A model generated the notes under the pieces. It had not been told where the DNA came from, ran no database searches, and worked only from the letters and a program-made list of their open reading frames with translations. Positions 11,326 through 20,710 of a stretch of DNA of 35,759 bases are shown here, piece by piece (position 1 is the first letter of the stretch; each line of letters starts with the position of its first letter). The stretch lies in contig FLMG01002198.1 in assembly GCA_900088475.1 (NCBI GenBank), positions 1 to 35,759 on the forward strand. The letters run 5' to 3'. This stretch comes from Hyphochytrium catenoides (taxonomy: Eukaryota; Protista; Hyphochytriomycota). A program made the translations under genes and the position numbers.

Positions 11326-12588
11326 TCACTGTGGTGCCGGGATACAGTTCGGGCCATCTTCTACATAGCCTGTGTCACAGTGGCAGTGGTCCCCATGAAG
11401 ATGACCATGCCCACCGCACTCCTCTTCTTCGTCGTGAGGAGGCAACTCTGTTGGACCCGGAGCAGGAATGCAGGTGACTCCGACTGCAACATAACCTGGG
11501 CTACAGTCACAGTGATCATCGTGCCATGTGCCATGACCACTGCACTCTTCAATGACACAGCTAAGCCCGAGCGCCACATAGCCAGGCTCACAGTCACAGT
11601 GGTTGTCATGTAAGCTCCCATGCCCGCTACATTCCGCTTCTGGCTTAGGGAAGGCCCGAGTGGTCTTGTTGGCAGGGACGCACGTGAGTCCATCAGCTAC
11701 ATAGCCCGGGTCGCAGTGGCAGTGGTCACCATGAAGATGACCGTGTCCGCCGCACTCAGGTCCCTCTGTAGGGGTAGGGGAAGTACTCGTCGAAGGTGCT
11801 CCGCTTGGATTGGCAGTGGTAGGCTTAGGCGTGGCGGCTGGCACACAGCTGAGTCCATCAGCTACATAGCCCGGGTCACAGTCGCAGTGATCGCCGTGAA
11901 GATGTCCATGTCCGCCGCACTCAGGTCCCTCTGTAGGCGTAGGGGGAGTTCTAGTAGTGCTTTCTTTGTCTTCAGCCCTGCAACCTGGAACCCCTGTTCT
12001 CACAGTGCCGCAGTAAGAGCCATTGGGAAGTCCTTCCTGTGGTCCAGGGCAGTTGCCCTTGGGGAAGCCTCCAACACAGATAGGAATTGGGGCGCAGAAA
12101 GTATCGTAGTACTCTACTGACACCGGCAGCTGCCCTGGAGGGCACTTTACCCTTGCTTTCGAAGGAGATTCTACCACCCAAGGCCCCTCGGTTGCGATCT
12201 TTGGCGGCGGCGTACTGACCTCAGATGATGGTGCAATGGTGGTAGTACTTCTGGTGGGAGTAGGGGGCGACGTAGGTGATCGAGGAGATGGAGTTAAGGG
12301 CTGCACACTCGGTTTTTCGGCGGGTGGTGGAGGGGAAGGCGTGGTAGCATCTGCCATGATGGGAACACATGTGGTACCGGAAGGCTTATAACCAGCATCG
12401 CAGTGACAGTGGTCCCCGTGCATCCACCCGTGCCCTCCGCACTCATCTTTGTTTCCGCCCCCTCCTGCTAGCACACAGCGATCTCCTTCCCATGAACCTC
12501 CTTCTGCCAAGCAATCTTCGATACTCAAGCCCGTAGTCAGGGAGATGTTCAGCCCGGCTAGAAGCAGCACTGCGAATAGCCAGCGCAT
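11326..12588 (-). CDS. Secreted His/Cys-rich repeat protein (420 aa) with six 4-Cys His-EGF-like repeats and mucin-like P/T/S linkers; candidate zinc-scavenging protein
   Basis: The ORF track starts at a TTG (12912), but the ATG at 12588 (aaacgATG) opens a signal peptide MRWLFAVLLLAGLNISLTTG. Six C-x10-C-x-C-x10-C repeats (consensus ECGGHGHLHGDHCHCDPGYVADGLTCVP) lie at 12367-12441, 11845-11919, 11680-11754, 11557-11631, 11470-11544 and 11344-11418. A separate 6-Cys domain lies at 11980-12144. No C-terminal TM or GPI signal. Confidence 0.88.
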   Translation of the reverse strand: MRWLFAVLLLAGLNISLTTGLSIEDCLAEGGSWEGDRCVLAGGGGNKDECGGHGWMHGDHCHCDAGYKPSGTTCVPIMADATTPSPPPPAEKPSVQPLTPSPRSPTSPPTPTRSTTTIAPSSEVSTPPPKIATEGPWVVESPSKARVKCPPGQLPVSVEYYDTFCAPIPICVGGFPKGNCPGPQEGLPNGSYCGTVRTGVPGCRAEDKESTTRTPPTPTEGPECGGHGHLHGDHCDCDPGYVADGLSCVPAATPKPTTANPSGAPSTSTSPTPTEGPECGGHGHLHGDHCHCDPGYVADGLTCVPANKTTRAFPKPEAECSGHGSLHDNHCDCEPGYVALGLSCVIEECSGHGTWHDDHCDCSPGYVAVGVTCIPAPGPTELPPHDEEEECGGHGHLHGDHCHCDTGYVEDGPNCIPAPQ

Positions 12589-15500
12589 CGTTTGCTTGAT
12601 CCGGGTCCTTCCGCCCTTAGAGACTGCTGCAGACTGTCTTTTGCTGGTGAAACTTACTAATAACACTCTCTTAGAGTAGGAAAATTGAGGAATGAAAGAG
12701 GACGGTGACTCTGTGGGAAGGGGCATTCTTATTAACCTGACTACATAAGTCTCTGACGGATGGTGCTGTTTGTGGCTCTCCTCTTCTTCTTGTTTCTTTG
12801 TTCTCTTCAAACTCTTCCTAAGACTAAAACTGAGGGAGTCAAACAAGTCCAACGAAGGGGAATGATGACAAGGAAGGGGAGTTTGGAAAAACAGAGGAGT
12901 GTCTCTCAACAAAATGGTTTCTTATCCAACCAGCTTGTACGAGCAGGTTCAATAAAGAGAAGAAGCTACTTCCTCGTGGCACGATCCGACACGGACTTCT
13001 TGAATCCCTTTTAGCCATTATTAATCTTGCAAGAGGCGCTCAACGAGCGGATGCTGATGGAGCCAGGAAGGATGAAAGACGAAGAGGTGACTAGGTAGGA
13101 CAGGTAGCTTATGACGCGAGAGAAGGGCTCCTTCCTCACTCGCTTACCCTTCTGGCCTAGTTGGCGTCGTCAGATAAACTAATTAAGTCATGAGTTATGA
13201 AGGTCAGTAGTGGTGCTCAGTGTAGTGCTGGTTGCAAAATCCTCACGTCTTTCTGTTCTTTGACTTTTGTGGCCCTTCTTTTGCTTCCTGCCTCTCCCTC
13301 TCTTGCCTTCGCCAGTAGTGACAGTGCGATGATTGCAGCAGCGTACAAAAGAGTAAAGGGCACCTCCAGCAGCAGCTTTACCAGAACTACTGCTTATTTC
13401 TTCTACGACGAATGGCTCCATAATAGTTCCTCTATCGCTCGCCACCAGCCATCATCATCTACAAGCTCGAAAGTAGAGCAAATCGTATGGCGAAGATGCA
13501 AGCAGAGCACGTTCATCCAACAGTGTCGTGATGCCTCGTCACTTTCTTCTCCGGCTTTCGTTCTTCGGCGTCCTTCAACGCAAATTATCGCCTTCGGATA
13601 ATGGAGGTCTCAAGTGTACCTCCATTATTCTTCTTAATTAATACTTCCCTTCTCTCTCCATTAGCTCTTTCTTTTCTGGCTCCTCGCTCACTCTTTCTCT
13701 GTCCTCTTTCGCCTCCCCGCAAGTGGTGGTAGTTCAGGAGAAACGAAGCACCACAGCAGGATCCTTTCTTCGCCAGGATCAGTGGTGGTGACCTTCTCCT
13801 AACCAGGGAAAACTTGTCGGAGGAGGAGGAGGATTGCCATGAGGATTGCCCCCTTTTGGTTGTCGCCTCTTTTCCCTTTCTTTTTCTTCCTTCTGCATGG
13901 ACGAGAAGCGGGAAGAAGAAGACAGCCGGCGGAGGCCAAGGAAAAGGAGAGACTCACACTGCTGCTGTCCGTCTCAAAGAGTGCCAGGTTCTTATCCGAA
14001 GGCGCAGCATTCGCACGCTTTGTCATAATACTACAGTAGTGGCGTGGTAGTGCAGGTGGTGGTGGCAGGTGAAGAAGCCAGAGGAGGAGGACAAGGAAGG
14101 GCAACGGAGGAGGAGGACATGCCGATAGATCTGCAGGGAATAAAACAGTTTAGTTCCCTGTACAGCGGTACTCCGAGTGTCGCCATAGTTAATGTTATGA
14201 CGACCCAGCGGAAAAGATACAGCAACAACGCACTTTATTCCCCCTAGTTATCTCACAAGGGTGGGAGGCTTGCTGTACGGCGATGACGCATGTAGCGGCT
14301 AGCCTAAGTAGCTGTGATTAGGGACACGAGCTGAATAACATCAACAACGCACATTTGGCGATAGAGATCGTCATTATCCGAAGGGGAACCATCTTGCCTC
14401 TTCGGGTCCTTTCTCCTCCTCCCTCCTCCTCCCTTGCCGGCTGTTTGTGCTGCACTTCTTGGTGGTATCCGAAGGCGATGATGCCACAAGCTTTGGTTCT
14501 GATTCTCCACAACTCTCTCTCTCTNNNNNNNNNNNNNNNNNNNNNNNNNNNNNNNNNNNNNNNNNNNNNNNNNNCTCTCTCTCTCTCTTCTTTCCTCCTC
14601 CCGCTCTCTTGGTCTCTCCTCTCTCTATATTTTTCTCCTAACTTTCTCTTTCTTCTTTCTCTCTTTCTGTCGTTGTCTCTTTCGTCCCTTCGTGTTTTCT
14701 AAGCTTTCTCCTCGTTTTCTCTCTTTCTTCACTTTATCTCTCACTACTCTCTCCTTTCTCACTCTCTCTTCTCTTTCTCTCACTCTCTCTTCTTGCTCTC
14801 TCTCTCTCCTCTCTCTCTCCTCCTATGCCCCTCGTCATAACGAAGAAAAGTAATAAGAAGGTAACCTTGGCAGAGGGAAGCGAGCGGAAGAAGGAAGAAG
14901 GAGGCAGACTCCGAACACGTGCCCGAAGACCAAGCAGCGCGGTGAATCCTAAGGTTATTCTGCTGCAACACCGTCGGAGCAAAGCAAATCGAGAGAAGAG
15001 AATCGTTAGTTGTTGAATCACAATCAATGGCAGCGGGAGCAGACCCAATTTTGTCGATCGGCGGCACCAATGTGGCCGACCATTAGCACGTCAGAGATGA
15101 CCAAAGCTGCTCTTCAATCCCTTGCCTACAGCCATCAATCCGAAGGCAACATCTCCGTTGCGCTGAGAATTTGAAGGACCAGAGGGCTCCTCCGAAGAAC
15201 TAGAGTAAATCCTGAGGAGGGAGCGACACACACACGTGCATCCAATAGCTGTTTCTTAGATAGCTCCTGTCCTGTCAACATCAGATCAACAATATCCGTC
15301 ACTTCCCTTCTTCTATCCATTCTATTATCTTCAGCAGCTTATCCTGGTAGAGAGGACTAAACATGAGAGGAAAGCCAAGCGTCTACACTTGAGTTCCCTT
15401 TACAGCTTAGCATCGAAGAGCTTTCTGAGCTCTATTTACTAGAGAGAAGCGTTCTAGAGAACTGGTCATTGAGAAAGCGGCGCCGTCAGTTAGAGAAGCG

Positions 15501-15643
15501 AGTGAAGACTGCAAAAGTTAAGAGGAGCCAAGGTTTAGGAGCCTCTAGTTACCCGAAGACAACCACTATAGGTCTCTCTCGCACTTTTGCAGAAGGTCCG
15601 CCCCAGTGCCGCTTCGATCTATCACCTCTAATAGCTGTCAGTC

Positions 15644-17646
15644 ATGCCTGGGTCGGGATGTGCCCAGTCCTTCCTCCACGAGCTGCCGGCTTTCATACCT
15701 CGTCCACGGAAGCTCCTCCTTCTTATCTGTCTTTTAGTGAGTCTTCTGGACGCGGGCAGCGTTGGCTCCTGGCGCTCGCGAAGCTTTGCTGCGGCGGAGA
15801 CAGGGGAGCACCAGGAGCACGCACAGGAAGAGTGCAGCGGCCATGGCAGACTGCATGGCAACCACTGTCACTGCGAGAAGGGATATATCCCTAAAGGAAC
15901 ACTATGTCTTAGCAAGGACGAGGCGAATGCCAAGACCTCCTCGGAACTTCCCGCTGCTTGTCCTAGGCCAGCAGGAATGATAGAATTTGAGCGGTCAGCC
16001 CTGCTGCGGCTAGATCAGGGCTCCTACAGTCTCCAGTTAGCGGGCAATAACGCATCCATGGCGCTGTTTATAATCCCTCTGCCAGGTGCTAATGAAGAAA
16101 CCTTCCAGCAAGATCTGCAGAACTCGCGAGATGAAGCGATGGAGTTGCTCCAGGATGTGGCTTTACCACGGAAGGTTCTAAAGAAAGGAGAGATACTAGT
16201 GCCCTCAGAGAAGATTATGTACGTCATTCCCAGAAACGACGCCGAGAAGCTCCATCAAGAGAAAGAGAAGTGCCTGCAGACACCTGGCAATGTCTGGCAC
16301 GTGGATCATTGCGATGGTCCCGAGAGCGGCCACCGTTTGCGCGTGAGGCAGCGCCTTCTGCAGTCCTCGGTAGACTTCTCTTCCTTCAATCTCACAGTGT
16401 CTACCGCCTCGTACTATGCTCTGCACTTACAACTCGATGCAATGGAGATGTTCGGCATGAAGCTTGTCAACCCTATAACAGGAGAAGCCTTACCCATACT
16501 AGACTCTATTCGCTTGGACGCTGATCCCCCTGGTAGTAGCTCAGATCAGGCGGGCAGTGCTGGTACTGAACGGCTTGATGAGCAGAAGAACGAGGAAGGG
16601 CGCAGTGCCACCTTCTCGGACTGGTGGAAGACGCTAGTGGCTGTGGCTATTGTCACTCTAATCTCCGTCATCGGCGTGCTTCTGCTCATTTTCAAGTGGC
16701 AAAGACTGCAGAGGTTCATTAACCTAATGATCTCCATTGCCTCCGGCGCCCTCTTCTCAGCGTGTGCTATGCACATTCTCCCAGAGTCCATCGAGTTCTA
16801 TAACATCTATGGACAGATGTCGACGGAAGTGAGTCTTCTCTTCTCAACTGGCTTTTTGGTAGCTTTGATCGCAGAGATGACGGTCACGGTTGCACACAGC
16901 AAGCTTCAGCGGGGACATCACCATCACCATGCAGCACCAGCGGAAGCTCCGGTTCTGACGCCTCCTAGCGAGGATCGCTCTTCTCCTATAGTGAACCATA
17001 ACGGAACTACGGTGTTCGAGAAAGCGCCAGCAGAAAGAAGCTCTGTTGGGACTGGCGCTGTAGGAGGGTTGATGAAGGTTGACTGGGACGAGGTGAAGCC
17101 TGTTGCGTACGTCATCCTTCTTGGCGATCTCTTCCATAACTTTGTAGACGGAGTGCTCATTGCCACAGCCTTCTTGGCCTGTGACAGCAGTCTGGGAATC
17201 TCTGTCACTCTGTCTGCCATCCTGCATGAGATTCCACAGGAGTTTGCTGACTTTGTGGTGCTGGTCGATGCCGGCCTTTCTCCTCGTCAAGCCTTGCTGC
17301 TGAACCTGCTAAGCGGGTTGTCATCTTTCCTTGGGGCGATCATTGTTCTGCTTGCTGTGGCTATCAATCAACAGATGCTTGGGGGCCTTTTGGCAGTTGG
17401 GGCGGTAAGAGAGATTATCTGCTTTGGGGCTAATAGTAGACCTGCATCTTAGCATCTGTTCAACCTTTCCTTCCTGCTGTGCTTCCTTTCTTCTAGGGTG
17501 TGCTGATCTATATCGCAGCGACCGACTTACTGCCGCGTGTGGTGCATGGTGTTGGAAGCTGGAAAGACTTCTTCGTCAACATTATGCTCTTTCTAGTAGG
17601 CGGCGTTGCCGTGGGCCTGAGTACGCTGTATCACGTGCATTGCTGA
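15644..17646 (+). CDS. ZIP: ZIP (SLC39) family divalent metal (zinc) transporter, LIV-1-like, with long N-terminal ectodomain; exons 15644-17404 and 17497-17646, ~636 aa
   Basis: N-terminal hydrophobic signal. TM1-3 include SGALFSACAMHILPES. His loop GHHHHHA. TM4 is GDLFHNFVDG and TM5 is HEIPQEFADF. The phase-0 intron 17405-17496 restores the missing end of TM7 (GVLIYIAATDLLP) and TM8, ending LYHVHC-stop. Confidence 0.95.
17405..17496 (+). other. Spliceosomal intron (92 nt) in the ZIP gene
   Basis: Donor GTAAGA; polypyrimidine tract followed by TTCTAG acceptor. Splicing yields the conserved ZIP G-x-x-x-Y-I-A-x-x-D-L-L-P motif in frame. Confidence 0.9.
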
Positions 17647-19354
17647 GGATGAAGAAGAGCGCAGAAGGCCACCCATGAGCTGAGCTCTGTACTTGCAGAG
17701 CTTCTCCTTCGACCGCGGGAGAAGTGAGGCGCTGGAGAAGCTGAGACAGGAGGGTGGAATGCATCATCCCATGTACATAGGTTTAGCTCATCACCGAAAT
17801 GAGAGGCCAAGAAGAGAGAGAGGCCAGGACAACATAGCATGCTTTTGCAGCGCATGTGGACGGGCTGTCGTATCCTAGTCCTCCTGATTTCTGAGACAGG
17901 AAGTAGAGCATCGCCTCCCTCTTCCCTAGTGTCCAGATACCTGCTTGCTGACCTGATGCCTGCGCTCCAATAATAGAAGAGCCTTGATGCTGAGGTTGGT
18001 CGCGTATCATCGTTGAAGTACTATTATCTCACGCACGTCGCTTTTATAAGGTTACTAAAGAAAGAATAAGCCCACCATAAGCATCATTAGTCATGCAGGA
18101 AAGAGAAGAAGAAGAAGGAAGCGCTCCTTGCGGCATAATATCAGAAAAAAATGGTCCCGTTCCCGCGCTAATAAAGAGTCTTTTTCTTGTTCTTCCTCCC
18201 TCTGCTGCCGCTTTGCCTTTGTTCTTCTATCGTTTTACTGATTAATCGTTCTCTGTTGTCTAGCTCTTCCCTTCACCTTCCAGTTCTCGTCGTCTTCATC
18301 CTGCAAGTCCTGGCGTCCTCGTCTCCCTCCTCTAATAACGTAAGAAGAAGAGTGCTGGTGCCTGGAAACGAATGTCAGTAGTGCCATCGATCGTATCGTC
18401 GAGGGAAAGAAGGTAACGAAGCAGGAGAAGAAGACAGGGGAACAAGGATGTCACTGCCAGTGCTAGATATACTGTTTTATCCTCTATTCTTAGGGAGATG
18501 AGTGAGAGTAAGTTAAGGGTTATTATCTTAGGGTTAGGGTTCTGTTTTATAGTTCCTACAAGTAGAGAAAGCAAAAGAGCAAGAAGAGTGGCAAGGGGGA
18601 AGTCTGGATTGTGGATGTTGGTCAGTTCCATGTACAAGTACTACGAACATTGGATGCGAGGAAGAGGAGCCAAAGGCTGCCAGGACGGTGTGGGAGAGGA
18701 AGAGAGAGAAGAGTAGGCTGGTCCACCCACCGGCAATACACCACTCCAAAGTATTGACGATACTTACCTTCACTAAGAGCGCATCCCCAATCGTACCGAG
18801 GTCTATTTTGAATCAGCACATTCTGTCCACCTTCTGTGTCCTCTGTTGGGCAGTGGCCTTGGGCTTTGGGCGGAGCTTCTCTATGCTGCATCGGAGTCTT
18901 GTCTCCTCGTCGTTGATGCGGCGTGATCTGCACTTCCTAGCTTGCCTCAGCACTCAGCAGCAACGCTTCTCTGCTCGCCGCCTCATCTCTCATCTCATCC
19001 ACGCCTCGCCTGATCGCTAGCTCCCTGCCTATTCTTCTTCTGTGCGGCGACCCTACCTTCCCTCGTTACCTTCGTTACCCCCAGCCACACACCGTTGGCC
19101 TTGCGTTTTGTCCTCTGGATATCATCATCCATCTCTCCAGCTGTCCGCCTTGGCAGAGACAGAGTGCTTGGCGCGAAGGTTCCCTTCTCTCGTTCTATGG
19201 GAGAGCGCTGACAACCCGCGGGCGACAGAGGTCGGTGAGTCGTTAGTAGAAGAAGTCAAATCATGAGGACAAATCCAGCTCTTGCCACGATCTGTTAGAT
19301 CTGATCGGCCACCACGGCGGGGCCTGTTGGCTGTTATAGTCGCTGACCCCAATT

Positions 19355-20710
19355 ATGGTAAACGACGGTGCTGCTGCCCAAGAGCGGGCTAAGCATCTCG
19401 TCTCTCGCGCCTGCATGATGACCTACAAATCCTATATGAAAGGGTTCTTCAGAATCGATCATAGAGTCCGCCCGCATCTCCTGCAGAGCATGATCTATAA
19501 AGACTCAATGAAGAAAGGGAAGAAGAAGCGGGTGAAGCTCAGCAAGTTCACGCCGAAGGAGCTCACCGCGGGAAAGCTCTTTCGTCGGATCCTGAAGTGC
19601 TATCCCTGGCTTGTGGCTCGTGTCAAGCCGCAGTTCTACGCCGCCCTGCTCCGTAGGAAGCCTGAATACTTTGACAAGCTGGGCATTGATCGAGAGCATG
19701 GACATGTGATGACCCCTGATGAGGAAGCTCATTATCGAGGTCTATATGAGGTTGATGAGTCTGATAGCGACTGCTATGGCTTCGATACCGATCAAGAGGC
19801 GGAAGGAACTAATCAGCAGACAGCAGAAGCGGAAGTGCAAAGACGGGAGGAAGCAAAGGACAATGACGGGAAAGGAGAAGCAGAAGAAGTGAAGAGGACA
19901 GACAGCGGTGAACCCCGTCAGAGACAGGCCAAGAAGCGACGAGCTTATTCTCTTTCTGTCACAGCGCCACCTTCCTTAGGGCGGATCGTCACACCTACTC
20001 TTCCAGCAGACGAGAAGAGACACCGAGAGAAAGCAGCCTATCCGCGGTCTTCCGATGTCGGTGATGAGGATTCTTCGAGGAACAAGAAGTACAGTGATGA
20101 AAAGCAGGAGATGGAAGAGTCCGAGCCAGAGGTGGAAGAAGGCGGCCAGAGAAGAGAGAGCACCAACATGAGCCACACGCAGAAGAAGAGAAAAGCTGAG
20201 AGACGAGAGAAAGCCAAGAGAGGGACGTTCTCCGGTGAGGGCTCAGATATAGAGTCCGTGGAAGATCTGGTAGATGACATGGGAGACTGGATCCCCATCA
20301 GGGCAAGGAAGTCGCTTCACAGCGATGATGAAGTTGCTGGGCTCCCAGTGGAAGAGTTGGAGGAGATCCGTGTGGACAGCGGCTCGGCCAAGCGCCTAGA
20401 AGATATTTTCGTCGAGAACCAACGGCTTCGAGAGCAGCTTCGGGACTTGAGAATGCGGGAGATCAAAGCCAACAAAGCTGCTAAAAGAGTCCTGAACGAG
20501 GTCCGAGAGGGCCAGAGAGAAGTTCAGGAACAGCTAGAGAGAGTTCGGACTGAGAACAGGCGCTTAAGAGAAGAGGTTCGTGGCATAAAGGAGAGGGAGA
20601 TGAAGGTGAATGAGACCATCATCGACGCTTTGGCGCACGTGGCCCAACTCTTCCCAGGGAGCCTCAGAAAAGCCCAGCCAAGACAGAGAGAGAGAGAAGG
20701 GTTCTTATGA
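19355..20710 (+). CDS. Hypothetical protein (451 aa, possibly 5'-incomplete): basic helical N-terminus, acidic disordered middle, C-terminal coiled coil
   Basis: Long ORF not derived from microsatellite. NLS-like tracts (KKGKKKR, KKRR, KKRK) and heptad-like C-terminus. An in-frame TAG at 19337-19339 could be a splice acceptor paired with a GTGAGT donor at 19235. No family recognised. Confidence 0.7.
   Translation: MVNDGAAAQERAKHLVSRACMMTYKSYMKGFFRIDHRVRPHLLQSMIYKDSMKKGKKKRVKLSKFTPKELTAGKLFRRILKCYPWLVARVKPQFYAALLRRKPEYFDKLGIDREHGHVMTPDEEAHYRGLYEVDESDSDCYGFDTDQEAEGTNQQTAEAEVQRREEAKDNDGKGEAEEVKRTDSGEPRQRQAKKRRAYSLSVTAPPSLGRIVTPTLPADEKRHREKAAYPRSSDVGDEDSSRNKKYSDEKQEMEESEPEVEEGGQRRESTNMSHTQKKRKAERREKAKRGTFSGEGSDIESVEDLVDDMGDWIPIRARKSLHSDDEVAGLPVEELEEIRVDSGSAKRLEDIFVENQRLREQLRDLRMREIKANKAAKRVLNEVREGQREVQEQLERVRTENRRLREEVRGIKEREMKVNETIIDALAHVAQLFPGSLRKAQPRQREREGFL

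Noticed and set aside
12589-12912. N-terminal 108 aa of the 528-aa track ORF
   Set aside because: Starts at a TTG and is low-information. The signal peptide begins at the ATG at 12588, so this is probably 5' UTR.
13188-15320. Short ORFs in the spacer between the divergent genes
   Set aside because: They are 60-134 aa, overlap in several frames, have no recognisable motifs and give no consistent splice model. A small gene cannot be fully excluded without RNA data.
12589-15643. Enrichment of fungal zinc-response half-sites (AAGGT/CAAGGT)
   Set aside because: The handful seen is about what a 5-mer gives by chance on two strands of 3 kb, and there is no full ACCTTNAAGGT.
17405-17452. C-terminal VREIICFGANSRPAS of the 602-aa track ORF
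   Set aside because: This is intron read-through; the true C-terminus is in exon 2.
18528-18541. Telomere-like TTAGGGTTAGGGTT
   Set aside because: Only about two units, at an internal position; compatible with chance.
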